A stretch of DNA of 63,568 bases, the filler included, from Folioceros fuciformis (taxonomy: Eukaryota), in NCBI GenBank assembly GCA_049999805.1. It is 6 parts of 5 records of this genome, joined end to end, with 100 filler letters (N's around TTAATTAATTAA, not from the genome) between each part and the next. Parts side by side here need not be neighbours in the genome. Positions count along the whole stretch, not along the records: positions 1 to 27,563 come from JBNGIO010006207.1; 5 more parts are not named here. One strand, 5' to 3'. Positions 1-12,153 of this stretch are shown piece after piece. Within the stretch, counting starts at the first letter, position 1. The number at the start of each line of letters is the position of its first letter. The notes beneath the pieces are model-generated. The model saw nothing but the letters and a program-made list of their open reading frames with translations, was not told the DNA's origin and did no database searches. The translations under genes were made by a program, and so were the position numbers.

Positions 1-151
1 TTCAGTCATGGCATTTTGATGGGTACTCATTCTTTGTTGTGGCGTAACTGCACTGGACCCTAGGTATTGTTATTCACAATAGGAAGCCTGATTTCCTGAT
101 CATACTTGTGAGGACATGGCAACCACTTGACGTGCTTAGAGGGAGGTTGAG

Positions 152-1277
152 CTAATTATTCTTGTCTTCCATTCTTCGGCAGTTTTGGCTCCGGAAATTG
201 GTCCTGGAAAGCCAGAGACTCATATAATCTTGTGAACGCTGTTTCTCGCAGCACAACTCAGGTGAGAACTTCTTCAAAAGTTTGACTGCGGCCTTGCAAC
301 ATTTAGTTTGCTGCTTTAGTCCAGCTCGCTGCTGATTCGTGAGGAAGACAGTAGCAATCAGCAGTCCCATAAGAAGCTTGATCATCTTTCATTCCGCAGG
401 CTTATCCGCCTATTCTTCAGGAAGCCTATTCTTCAGGTATGTAGCAAAGGCTATGGCCTTAGCCCAATACCTGACATTCAGGCTTGCATGTCGAAGCATA
501 TGACCCTAGCCATGCGCTGAAGAGTTTGGTTGAGTCTTTCAGCAACTCCATTTTGCTGTAGAGTGTAAGCCACAAAGAATTGACGAGTGATACCCTTATC
601 TTTGCAGAAATCATCGAAGAGGTGGTTCACAAATTCCCCTCCATTGTCCGAGCGTAGGCAACGGAGCTTGCGAGAAGTTTGTGTCTCCACCATGGCAAGC
701 CAGGTCTTGAATGTCACAAAGGTCTGGCTCTTCAACTCCAAGGGATAGGTGAAGCACATCCTAGAGAAATCGTCAGTGAACGTAAGAAAATATCTTGCAC
801 TGCCATAGGAGGAGGAACTCATAGGACCACATATATCAGAATGAACCAGTTTGAGGATAAGGTTGCTTTCATCTTTCTGATGATGTGGGAACTTGTCCTG
901 TCTCTTGTTCGCGAGGACGCTGGTCTCACAAAATGGTGGACCAGGAAAACGGCCGATCTTTTCAAGATAGATGTCAGAATTTGCCACTTGCTGAAGTCGG
1001 GCATTGCTTGGATGTCCAAGTCGCAGATGCCACTTATAAGCCTCCTTTCACTTCCAGTAATCCTGTTGGGTGTTTGAGTTGCACAAGCAGACTCGTAAAC
1101 ACCAGAAAAACTGTTAGCTGCATGTGCATCAAGCTTGTATACGTCCTGAACTGGATATCCTATGCATGCAATGCCTGGACTGCCAACTCGAGTAAGTGTA
1201 CAGCATGCATGGTCAAATGTTAAAGTGAAGAGCCTCGTCTTCATCAACAAGCTAACTAAGATCAGGTTTTTAACCAT
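152..1277 (-). pseudogene. Copia A pol fragment (GAG-pre-integrase and integrase core)
   Basis: ORFs 819-1277 and 478-987 with HSDICGP, FTDDFSR, SDNGGEF, QQNGVAER; broken across frames. Confidence 0.9.
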
Positions 1278-1602
1278 GGTAGTGTGGGGTTAAAATATGG
1301 TACCCAGGGGTACCGCGAGGTCCACACAAGCCCTCTATGTCGTTGTAGCTCTGGGATTCGATCCCAAGGGAATGATTTGTGTTAAACTACACAGGTTAGC
1401 TTCTAAGGTCAGCCAACACCTAAAACTCGACTAACCCACACACACGCGTCCAGTGCTCGGGCCTTACCAAGCCCCCTTACTTCTTCCTCCAGGCGGCCCC
1501 CCTACCACTCGGTCGCTCCAGGGACTACCTCCCCCCAGACTACTCTTGGTTGCCCACTGGGCTACCCTCCGTTCCCCAGTGGACTACTATCGTTGTCTTT
1601 CG

Positions 1603-1672
1603 ACTACCGGTAGCCGCTTCGGCTACCTCCGTGGTCTGTCAACTACCGGTAGCCGCTTCGGCTACCTCCGTG
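1603..1672. repeat. Direct repeat, 31-bp core with 39-bp period, x2, inside solo LTR
   Basis: actaccggtagccgcttcggctacctccgtg at 1603 and 1642. Confidence 0.9.
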
Positions 1673-2373
1673 ATGGGTCCCACCCCAAACCCTAACTAAT
1701 TATTTCCGGTGCAGGCGCCGCCACGGGTTTCCAGCCACGGGTTTCTACCTTAGACCTTCCAGACTCACAGAGCTGGGTTATTCCATGCTCCCCCACACAT
1801 GCAAGGCTGATCCTTGGGGAACAAAGCCTTGCGGATCAGCCACTCCTCCCCACTCACTCATGCAACACTCCACACACATACAAAACACACATAAGGGCTC
1901 TGGCTCACAATTATTCTTGCAGGCCTGCCCCCAAGGGCTTAAATCTTCAACAATGCCCACCAATCTCCAACAAATCCTTCACAACTCCCCACAATCCCTC
2001 ACAATCTCTCATGGGTCTCCATAGGCTTCCATAGCCGCTCACAAACACCTCAAAATCTCGCAGCAACTCTCCAGATTTCGCATCCACTCTTCAGCATTCT
2101 GCATCCATTCTCCTGCAATCTTCTCAGCCGTTTTCTCCAGCTCTTGAACAATGTCTCCAGCGATCTTACAGCAACATCAGTAGCCTTCCTCAGTCCTCCA
2201 CAAACATCCAGGGATTCCTAAGAAATTCCCCAGCAATCTCGTCCAAACCTCAGCAAACAATCACCCAGCAATTTCTCAACGATTTCTCAACTAATCTCCT
2301 CCAACAATCTTCCACGGTTCTCTTCAATCTTCCAGCTCTCTCTCCTCACCAGATTTAGCACGCAGCTGATGGT

Positions 2374-2792
2374 TCAGGGAATAAGGGAAGGAGGAAATCT
2401 CCCTCCACTCCAGCAGCGGTGGATTCGTCCCCTTCTTCTCAGCTACAGACAAAAATCAGTCCTCACTCTCTTCTTCTCAACTCACTCCAGCTCCTCAGCC
2501 TCCTTCTCCTCCTCTTCTTACTCACTCTTCTCATGCATTCTCCAACACTTCTTCTTCTCCACACACTCTCTTCTCTCACACACTCCTTCTCCTTCTCAAC
2601 TCACACTCTTTTCAACTCCAGATTAAAAATGCAGTCAACCAACTCAGGGAATAAGGGAAGGAGAAGCTCTCCCTCCACTCCAGCAACGGTGGATTCGTCC
2701 CCCTCACTTTCCACTGCAAACACAACTGGCCGTTCAGGGAATAAGGGAAGAAGGTGCTCCTTCCTCTCCAGCAACGGTGGATTTGTCCCCCT
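2374..2792 (-). repeat. Three dispersed ~60-bp copies of a structured motif inside solo LTR
   Basis: tcagggaataagggaag...ctccagcarcggtggattygtcccc at 2374-2433, 2644-2704, 2734-2792. Confidence 0.9.
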
Positions 2793-3546
2793 CACTTTCA
2801 ACTGTGGAGCAAAAAATCCTCAACTACCCCTAGGAGCGTCTCGCACTCACTGCCTCACCTAGACCTCTCTAGTCTCGCCATGGACAGCGCAGGGGATCTC
2901 AACCGGGAGGAGTCTCAAACTTTTGCTAATCAGCGAGGCACCAATAGGCCCCTTTTATACAGAGTTTCCAAGAGCGGGAGCCACAGCCCGTCATAAAGTC
3001 TAGCTCTAAAATAGTCAACTTTTAAAAAAAGTGCTCTTAATGGCAGGCTGCACCAGGTCAGAATATCATCTTACCAAATCTTATCTAAATACTATTTTCA
3101 GATGCAACCACTCTTGGCTTACCTCAACGCCACTCTCTCTCCTCCTATTTATTCTTCTGGCCTACCTTCCCCTGCCATACAAAATCTTCAGGTCGTCGAA
3201 CTTCAGCTACCTGTTGTCGCCGAGTCACAGCATCCCTATTTTCCAACCTAAGTCCACCACTACCTTCTCCCAGGCCCCTTTCTTATTTTTAAGAGGGGGG
3301 GGGTGCATATATAGACCTCCTGGTACCCACCCCTCTCCGCCAAAGGCCAAGGACAACCAACCACCCCCAGACACTTGGTCTGGCCACCGATTCGTCCAAA
3401 GTACCATGGCCCAAGGAGACTTTAGGTATAAATACCTCGGTTTTATTCTCAACCCAAGCCGCTTTCTCCTTCACTTCACACAAAAAACCAAAATCCACCA
3501 AATCTGTCACTCAAAAAGGGGTTCGCGAATAGTTTTTCCCTCTACA

Positions 3547-4718
3547 GGTAGGCACATGCAACACATCCGGAAGGACAACTTGAGACTGATCACTAAGAGT
3601 GAGGGGAACTGAACCTTTCCCAGTAACTCTAAGTCCTGAGTCATCTCCAAGTAACACAAAAGTGTCAGTAGGTACTTGGGAATATGTGCTAAAGAAAGCT
3701 CGTGTGTGGCAGATGTGGACTGAAGCGCAGGAGTCCAGATACCACCCAAGGTGATCAACAGAGTTTCGTGTAAGACATACAGCCATGATACCCGGTGAGG
3801 ACGACACTGGCATTCTATTTCCAGATGATGATGATGCGACATAAGCAGAGGGTGAGCGACCTTTTTGTGAGATGCCAGAAGCTTTCTTCCGGCATTCGTT
3901 TTCCCAGTGCCCTGGGATACCACACCAGTTGCAATTACCTTTTTGTTTGATACTGGCTCTTGGTTGTGGAGGTCGGTTTTGAGTTCTGTCCGACCGTGGT
4001 TGGAAGGGTCGTCCTCTGCCCCGTCCTCTACCAATGTACATGATTCTGGTTGGCTTGGAAGGTCCTGCACCGTGGCGAGTGGTGTTGTCTTGGATGAAGG
4101 CAGAGAGTACCTCGGTAAGTACTCCATCGGCTGCTGTTGCAGCGGTGCCTCCTTGCTTGAGAGCTTTCTGAGCATCTCTAATCCTGGGATTTTGGGAGGT
4201 TATGAAATCGTGATAGTTAGAAGGCAAGGTGTTTAGAAATACCGCCGTTGCCTTTACTTCATCGATTTTCCAGCCTGCGCTGGACAACTTTGCTCTTGCA
4301 GATCTGAAGGCAGAGATGTGACTTTGTACAGTGTCACTCTCTTTCATCCGCAAGGAGAACAGGTTGCGAACAACAACGACCATTGTTCCCAAGTCCTCCG
4401 CTTGATATAAGTTGGAGAGTTGTGCCCACGCTTGGGCAGCAGTTTTGGTTCCATCCACTTGGTGGAACATGGATCTCTCCAACCCGGCCAAGATAAGTTT
4501 CCTAGCCTTTTTGTCCAGTTTGTTCCAGTCGTCTACATCCTTTTGGTTTGAGCCGGCAGAGTTAAGGACGACCTTGGCCACCATTCCATTGATGACTCCC
4601 ATCAAGTCTGCCTCGTCAAGAATGGAGACCAATTGACTACCCATGTGTCATAGTCGGAACCATTAAATCTATCCCGGTCTTTTATGTCCACGTTGTAATT
4701 GTGGACTACGGTTCCCAT
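3547..4718 (-). pseudogene. Copia A gag-protease
   Basis: ATG at 4718 (MGTVVHNYNVDIKDRDRFNGSDYDTW), frameshift near 4640 into ORF 3511-4644 with Gag, CCHC and DSCAS protease motif. Confidence 0.88.
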
Positions 4719-4759
4719 CTTGATATCTTTGAGGGGACTCGGCAAAACTCTTCAAGCTC

Positions 4760-5341
4760 TTATTGACGTCGGCGTGAACGGTTGCCTCTGCGCCTTCGAC
4801 CTGAGTGTGCAGGTGTTGGCTGAATGAATTGACCTAAGAGCGACATTAAGGTCATTATCCTGGATTCTATTGATGATAGTCTAGGATGATGAGACCTTCG
4901 AACATGGTTATTCAATTAATTTTGGCTATCCCAAAGATTGTCAAGACGTCTCGCAAGAATATGGACAGATTCTTGGAGAGGGTTAGTGTGTAGGAAATCA
5001 CCCTGCAGTGATATGGATTGTCCTTGATTTATTGGAGATGTAGATGATTCTAATTGCTGGGTGTGATCACTGCAGGAACACCAAGTATTGTTAGTGCAAT
5101 TGCTCTTGTTTCTGGCCATCATGGAACATATTCCAGATGGTGTTGGAGACCCGACGTGAGGGCAACATTGAGGAGAATGGTTGCCTCCCAAGCTGTCTTC
5201 GGACTCTAAGTTCTAGGAACTGCCAACCACATGAGGTTGTCTATGGCTTCTACCAAGAGGCGTTCGATTAATTCCTCTCTTGTCCACTCTTCACCAAGAT
5301 AGTGATAGAGTTTTAGTCTTGCCATCAGTGTCAAAGATCAT
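4760..5341 (-). pseudogene. Degraded extra ORF (ORF0) between PBS and gag of Copia A
   Basis: One 194-codon frame from ATG 5341 to TAA 4760, broken only by three stops (TGA, TAG, TAA), each one C>T step from a sense codon. Helical segment ESVHILARRLDNL...RLSSIESRIMTL and Arg-rich tail. Confidence 0.55.
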
Positions 5342-5354
5342 GGTTGCCCCTGGG

Positions 5355-5366
5355 GCTCTAATACCA
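5355..5366 (-). promoter_or_regulatory. Primer-binding site (tRNA-iMet type) of Copia A
   Basis: TGGTATTAGAGC on minus strand (1 mismatch to TGGTATCAGAGC), directly after ...TTCA LTR end. Confidence 0.85.
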
Positions 5367-6154
5367 TGAAAAATTTGTGATGATAACATTGACGATTGGC
5401 AAAAGCAAAAGTAACTGCGGAGTCTTGTTCTGGTGTTCAAGTAGGTCTGATGAAGGGATGCAAGTGAAACGATGTGCCTGTTGGTTCTTTGAGTGACAAA
5501 ACTGTTTAAAAATTGAAACGTGTTTAAAAATTGAAACGTGCCCTAATCTTAAGTGCGTTCATCCCGTCATCGTCGTGGTGGCGATGGACAATGGGGGAAT
5601 GTGGAACTTTCGTTCAGCGCAGCTTCCGCAAGCGTATTTGGGGCAGGAGCCCTATATCCGGGTGTATGATCCTGCAAAACCTTTGAGAACTGAGAAGGCC
5701 ACTCCAGCAAATGTGCTGCTATGTGGCAAAGCAGCACGTCCTTGACGAGTCCATGTGTCTTTGCTTCAGTTCAACAAGATACTTGTGCGCTTTGTCCACG
5801 ACTCTTCTTGTGAAGCGATGGTTGTAAGCATATATATATTTAGTTCCTTTCACAGCCCGTAAGATGCTGAGAAGCTGAGTAAGAAGCTGAGAAGGGAGTG
5901 CTTATGTTGGAGTTCTGGGTCATACGATTGGCCCTGTGTATTAAAGACCTCGGCTGTTCACAACACCCAAGTGCTCTCGCACTAAACGAAAGTGGTGTTG
6001 AGAGTATTGTACAACAGTAGGGGAGATTGGTGGATGTCTCATTCTTCTGCCCGTCTACTGAAGCCGGTTTGATGGGTTGGAAGGCGCCAAGCCCCAAGCC
6101 AACACCTACATCGGTAAGTGACCCCTGTATTGGCTTGTCGTATGTTCAAGCTAC

Positions 6155-6379
6155 TGTTAGAAAATAGTTAATCCCAGGTTCAATGCTCAGACCAATACCA
6201 CACAGATCAATTCCCAATCTTATTGATACAGATAGTCTGTGCCTACATATATAGGCTTAGACATAGCCTGATATCTCATGAGTGATGGAATCTATCTCGA
6301 TCCTATTATTCACTTATATAGATCAAGGATACTGTGTACAAACATGGATGTGTTGCACAAATCTTATGGATTTCTAACA
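6155..6379 (-). repeat. 3' LTR of Copia B
   Basis: About 10 substitutions and 2 small indels relative to the copy at 10625-10844 (by-eye alignment). Confidence 0.96.
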
Positions 6380-6419
6380 CTCCTACTCAACACATCAATA
6401 GAAAGACTCACTCCCTTAG

Positions 6420-9400
6420 TCCTAGCATCTTGCTAAACCTTATGTGTTTCTCTAAAGTTAAACCTTTGGTTAGAATATCAGCGGGCATGTCCTATGTGGG
6501 ACAATAAGCTAATTCCACCTCTTTGGATTGGATTTTCTCCCTGACGAAGTGATGCTTCACTTCAATGTGTTTTGTCCTTGCATGAAAAACAGCATTCTTG
6601 GCTAAGTGAATGCAGCCCTAATTGTCATTAAAGATGGGTGTTGCGTCTTTCTACTTGAATCCCATTTCGTTGAACAATCTACGTAGCCATATTGCTTCCA
6701 TTGTCGCTGCTGACGTTGCCATATACTCTGCTTCTGTTGAGGATAGTGCCACAGTAGGCTGACGCCTACTACTCCATGAAATGGCTCCCCCAAAAAGCAT
6801 AAAGACATATCATGTGGTGGACTTGCGGGTATCAACATCTCTAGCCCAATCTGAATCACAAAATCCAACGACCTGGGCTTCCAGTTTTTGCTTCCTTTGG
6901 TAGGTTAGCTTCCAATGCTTTGTACCCTGCAAGTACCTGAGTATTCTCTTTACTGCTTGATAATGCTGTTGTTGAGGATTGACTAAAAACTGACTCACAA
7001 CTCCCACTGCTTCTGCAATGTCAGGCCTAGTGCTTGTTGCTAAATAAGTGAGACAGCCAACAGCACGCTGGTAGAGATTCTTATCAATCGGTTCCTTTGC
7101 ATTGTCTATTGTCGGGTCCGCTTCCTGCGATAACTTCTCATTAAGGATCATTGGTGTCTTTATTGGTTTACAATCTTGCATCCCAAATCGCTCCAATATA
7201 GTCTTGATATATGTTTGTTGACTTAAAGAGATTACCTTGTTGATCCTATCTCTTTCCACCTATATTCCCAAGAAATAATGGAGTTCGTCAAGATCTCGTA
7301 CATCAAAGCTTTCACTGAGGCTTCTCTTTGCTGAGTTCATAAGTTCCTTATCGTTGCTGGCGATGATTAAGTCATCCACATACACGGCAATGATGACGAT
7401 GGATCCTCCCACTCGCTTCACGTAAATGTTCCAATCAGCATTGGCTTTCTTGAAACCTCTGGTTTGGAAATGATCATCAATTTTACGATACCATGCTAGG
7501 GCAGATTGTTTAAGACCATAGATTGCTTTTAACAACTTACATACTTCACCCTTGCGTCCAGGTATCTCATATCCTTTAGGTTGCTCTATGTAGATTTCTT
7601 CCTCTAGGTCTCCATTCAGGAAATCAGTTTGAACATCCATATGATGTAACTCCATATTCAAAGCAACTGCAATAGCAAGAAGAGCTCGGATAGATGCTAT
7701 CTTGGCGACGGGAGAAAAAGTATCGATATAGTCCACACCTAGAACTTGTGTAAACCCTTTCCCTACCAGTCTTGCCTTGTAGCACTCTATGCTACCATCA
7801 ACCTTTCACTTAATCTTGAAAGTCCATTTGGACCCTATGGATTTCCTTCCAGGAGGTAAAGGAGTAATTTCCCACGTTTTGTTTTTGATGAGTGAGTGAT
7901 ACTCACTGTCCACAGCTTCTTTCCATTCCTTCACCTTCGGGCCTGCAAAGGCTTCCTGCAAGCTTCGTGGTTCGCCCGCATCCACAAAACATGCTTCCTC
8001 ATATGCGCATCCATTAATTGATTCTAGAAACTTGTGTGAGGGCTTTCGTGATCTAGTTGATCTACGTACCACTAGTTGCGTCTCTACGATGGTATGATCC
8101 CCATCTTCGCCTTCAACTGTGACAGGTCTCAAAACTTCATCTGCGTCTTCAACCGCAATGACATTAGGACTGTCTCTCTCTCCCCCCTCTATGTCGCAAG
8201 GTTGAGAAGGTGGGACAAGCATCGGACTAGGGCGCTCAAGGTTGCTCATAGCTGGAGAATCCACAATGTAGTCATCTGCACACCTGTAGGGATCTTGTGA
8301 GATAAATGTGGGAGGAACAGAGGAAGCTCCCACTCCTGTTTGAGGTGCAATAGCCTCATGAAATACGACGTCCCTATTGAAGATGATCTTTTTTGCGGTA
8401 AGATCATATAGCCGATAACCCTTAACCTCATCGGAATATCCAAGCATGATACACTTAATGCTGTTATGATCCCATTTGGTTCGGTTTTGCTTCGGAACAT
8501 GAGCATATACCACAGAACCAAAAATCCTAAAATGATTGACATCGCGTTTTACGCCAGACCATGCTTCTTCCGGAGTCTTGCTAGGTAAGGCTTTAGTGGG
8601 GACTCGATTTAATATATGAGTTGCTGTTAGAACAGCCTCACCCCAAAAACGCACCTCCAACCCACTTTGATGGAGCATGCATTTTGCCGCCTCCACCAAG
8701 CTCCTTAGCTTGCGCTTTGCCACACCATTCTGCTGAGGGGTGTGAGGAACTACACTCTCATTTTCTACTAACGCTTTCCACATTTTAAAGATGTTGAACA
8801 CATCGGATTTTTCCTTCAAGAGATATGTCCAACTCTGCCTTGTGAAGTCATCCACGAAGGCTAAAATACTACGTACGCCTCCCTGTGTAGGATTTTTCAT
8901 TGGACCACATACATCAGTGTGCACAAGCTCCAACGCCGCTGATGCACGACGTGCTCCAATCTTTGGGAATATGGATCTATGAAGCTTGCCCATTATGCAT
9001 CCTTCACATACTTGTGGTTTACCAATCTCCTTCAAATCCAAGCCTCTGACCATGTGTTGGTTCTTCATCAACTTAATGTTGTCAACCCCAGTGTGTCCTA
9101 AACGTTGATGCCATAAATCAATTGACCCTGCATTCTGAGGTGATCCTGACATGACTATGCAAGCTATTTGATCTCCTACAAAAGCACACAACTTGTAAAG
9201 ATTGCCATCTCGAACACCTCGAGCAATCACCTTAACATGTGGTGATTCTGGTTGCTCAAGTTGGATGCGACAACCTTTAGAATTGAACACAATCTCGTTA
9301 CCGGGGTCAGTAATTCTTGCTACTAACAAAAGATTTCATGCAAGACCAGGCACATGATGCACATTACGGATGATACTTTTGTGCGCTTTTCCAGGTAGGT

Positions 9401-10420
9401 GAACTTTCATGACACCTTTACCTTTGATCTCGTATAACATATTGTAGCCGAGTGCCACCTTGTGTCCTGCCGGCAATCATAGCTAGAGATCTAGGGCCGA
9501 TGGTAGGTGAAGTGTTGGGAAGCTCCAGAATCGAGGTATAAGGTCTCGTCCTTATTGGATGACTGCTCATGTACCTTCCCTACAGTTGAACCGATGAAAA
9601 TATGGTCTTCTTGATCACTTACTTGATTGGCTTGCGACTCTTTTCCCTTCTGCAAGTTGGCTAACCTAATCCTGCAATCCTTTGCGTAATGATTAGGCTT
9701 TTTGCAATAGTGACATGTGCCCCATGTCTTCTTCTTTGCGTTTTTTTCCTTCGATTTTCCTCGAGATTTATTGATGCCTTCCACTTGGTTTGAAGTCTTT
9801 CCTTGTGGCTGCTTGGCCACTAATGCGGATTCCGCACCTGACTTCCCCTTCTCTTGCCTCTTTGTATCCTCATGGATAAGCATGCTTACAAGAATCTCAA
9901 AAGTTAAACTATCGATCCTTGATTCTAATGCCACAATAAGGTTGTTGAATGACTCCGGGAGACTAGCAAGAAGAGTCATCACCAATTCATCTTCTGCGAC
10001 ATGAGCTCCAATTGCTGCTAGTTCTTGTGACAAATTCTTTACCTTGTCCACGTGCTCCATGACATTGTCAGTCTCAGTCATTTGAAGGGTGAAAAACTTA
10101 CGCCTCAAGAACAAGCAATTCACAAGACCCTTGTTCTCATAAAGTGCCTCCTGCTTTTGCCAGGCCTCCCTAGCAAAAGTACATGAGGTCACGTGCATCA
10201 ACTGGGCATCTTCCAAATTAAAGCAAATAGTTGCAAAAGCTTTAGTATCGTTGTCTGCCCACTTGGCTTGTCTCTCGGGCTCGGAAGGGTGTGGCTCAGT
10301 GCTAGACACCAGTCCCCAAAGGTCTTTTTGTGCCAAAAGCATCTTCATCTTGAACTTCCACAATGCGAAGTTCTGGCCTCTAAATTTTTTGACCACACGC
10401 ATCTCTACATGTCGTACCTC
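6420..10420 (-). pseudogene. Copia B gag-pol
   Basis: ORFs 9491-10459 (Gag, CHYCKKPNHYAKDC, YLDSGAS), 7806-9329 (INT), 7260-7736 (RT, YVDDL), 6810-7259 (RT/RH, FCDSDWA). Confidence 0.93.
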
Positions 10421-10624
10421 CATGTCTTCACAATTGCACTCAAGCTCCCACGAGCTCAAAGCAAGGAGCTATGCACTTGCACACAAACTCTCACAAGCTC
10501 AAGGCTAAGAGTTATACTTCTTGCACACGAGTTCTCACAAGCATAGAGCTAAAAACTATGCAATAAGACTTGGTCCTGCGTGGCTCATCTCACATGACAC
10601 TAGAACCTCTGAGCTCTGATACCA

Positions 10625-10844
10625 TGTTAGAAAATAGTTAATCCTGAGTTCAATGCTTAGACCAATACCACATAGATCAATTCCCAATCTTGATACAGAT
10701 AGTCTGTGCCTACATATATAGGCTTAGACATAGCCTGATATCTCGTGAGTGATGGACTCTATCTCGATCCTAATTCACTGATATAGATCAAGGATACTTT
10801 GTATAAACATGGATGTGTTGCACAAATCTTATGGATTTCTAACA
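10625..10844 (-). repeat. 5' LTR of Copia B
   Basis: Matches 6155-6379; adjacent to PBS. Confidence 0.96.
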
Positions 10845-11402
10845 GCTACCACGGTGCTGAGTTACCAACTGTGAGTATGTAAGCGTCCCCGAGGTAGATT
10901 CACAGACCCTCTTGGCACCTACTACACTTGTTACCAAGTCATCAAACACCCAACCGATAGTGCTTCTCTACGGTGGTCGTCATCTCGAAAGTTGCTCTTG
11001 ACTGACATGTTCCGTACTTGTTTTGGGGATGTGTCTGTTATTAAGCAAGTCCAGCCAGTACCAGGCCAAAATATACATTAAACCTCTAAGGTCCTTGGGG
11101 TGCACTTGGAATCGGAGTCAATGCAAGTGGGGGACAGAGGTCTCCCAGACTACTGGTAGTCATGTCATCCATCGCTGCATTGCTGACATAGAGGCACTCA
11201 AAAGCTTACGGCACCCTGATGCATGTGCCAAGAAATACACCTGGACACCTGGAGGTAGTCCATTCGTACGGAGGTTGAAGAGAGTGATGAATTGAGGAAA
11301 AGATGTTGTGGTCATTGATTTTATTTCGGAAAAGAGAGAGTATCTGTTGTATGATGAATGGGCTACATCTAGCATCTTGAGGAGTTCAGTCTATCGAAGA
11401 GA

Positions 11403-11460
11403 CACGACCGTTCAGCTAATAAGTCACACGACCGTTCAGCTAATAAGTCACGACTGTTCA
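11403..11460. repeat. Short tandem repeat (24-bp unit, ~2.5 copies)
   Basis: cacgaccgttcagctaataagtca repeated. Confidence 0.85.
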
Positions 11461-12153
11461 GGTCTCGATCGGTTGCAGCTTACACACTGCACTACTGCGC
11501 ACAAAGAGCTTGACCATGTTACGGCCCGGCCAATCCATGCGTCGTAGCGTGCGTACGGGCAGTACCTTGGTAGACTGCGATCACGACGTGTCACTACGCG
11601 ACTTAATTATAGGCAACTGGGTAGCAAGTCATTCAACTTGGGTGTGTCACTCGAACAAAGCCAAGCCTGCTGGCTGTTATGAATTCTAACACCCATGAAT
11701 TTGATACAAGAGGGACGCAAACACGGCAAGTGCAACTGTTCTACGTCGGATTAGGCGCAGGTATGAATCGGCACTGACCGCCGGAGACTCCAGCCCAGTT
11801 AAACTGGTACTTCACCATTTGGGGTGTCCATTTCTAACTGGGCCCCAGAAGCTCAACGTCACACTACTTGTCATCACTCAAGTGCCGCAAGGGTCCAAGC
11901 TCTACCAGCACTCCACGAATATCCTGAAAGTCGTGGTCAGTCTATAAAATTCCTTCCTTCCTTTCTTCCAGCTACCTTCCACACACGCCTGCAGCTGCTT
12001 ATAATCCCGGCAGCGGCATGCCGTTTCCCACAACTGCAATCCATACTCCACACCCGTGAGTGTTCTCTTTCTGATCTCAGCTCATTTGTAAATTCGGCAA
12101 CTCCATTCACAATTCCTCTCTTCAGGCAGCACTGAAAGCAGCGTTCAGCGACC

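Larger units (their letters stand above)
1283..3546 (-). mobile_element. Solo LTR (2264 bp), probably from a large Gypsy-type element, inserted in Copia A
   Basis: TG...CA ends with imperfect inverted termini (TGTGGGGTTAAAA / TTTTTCCCTCTACA); 5-bp TSD GGTAG at 1278-1282 and 3547-3551. Removing it restores the pol frame VLHVPT|MVKNL. Minus-strand TATAAAAGG near 2951-2959. Gypsy assignment is inferred from size only. Confidence 0.88.
1..5366 (-). mobile_element. Ty1/Copia LTR retrotransposon A (degenerate; runs off left edge; interrupted by solo LTR)
   Basis: Minus-strand order PBS (5355-5366), Gag with CCHC knuckle CNWCGIPGHWENEC, protease WYLDSCAS, integrase LVHSDICGP/LRSDNGGEF/QQNGVAER. Integrase directly after protease is the Copia order. 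Several stops and frameshifts. Confidence 0.93.
6155..10844 (-). mobile_element. Structurally complete Ty1/Copia retrotransposon B (non-functional)
   Basis: LTRs 6155-6379 and 10625-10844 (TGTTAG...CTAACA), TSD GCTAC at 6150-6154 and 10845-10849, PBS TGGTATCAGAGC 10613-10624, PPT next to 6380, gag-PR-INT-RT-RH order with multiple stops. Confidence 0.97.

Noticed and set aside
5503-5540. 18-bp tandem duplication tgtttaaaaattgaaacg
   Set aside because: Ordinary slippage duplication; also could not be used to fix the far end of Copia A's 5' LTR.
5449-5580. CTGATGA...GAAAC with downstream CATCGTC, resembling a hammerhead ribozyme core
   Set aside because: Stem II (AGGGATGCAAGT) and stem I cannot pair.
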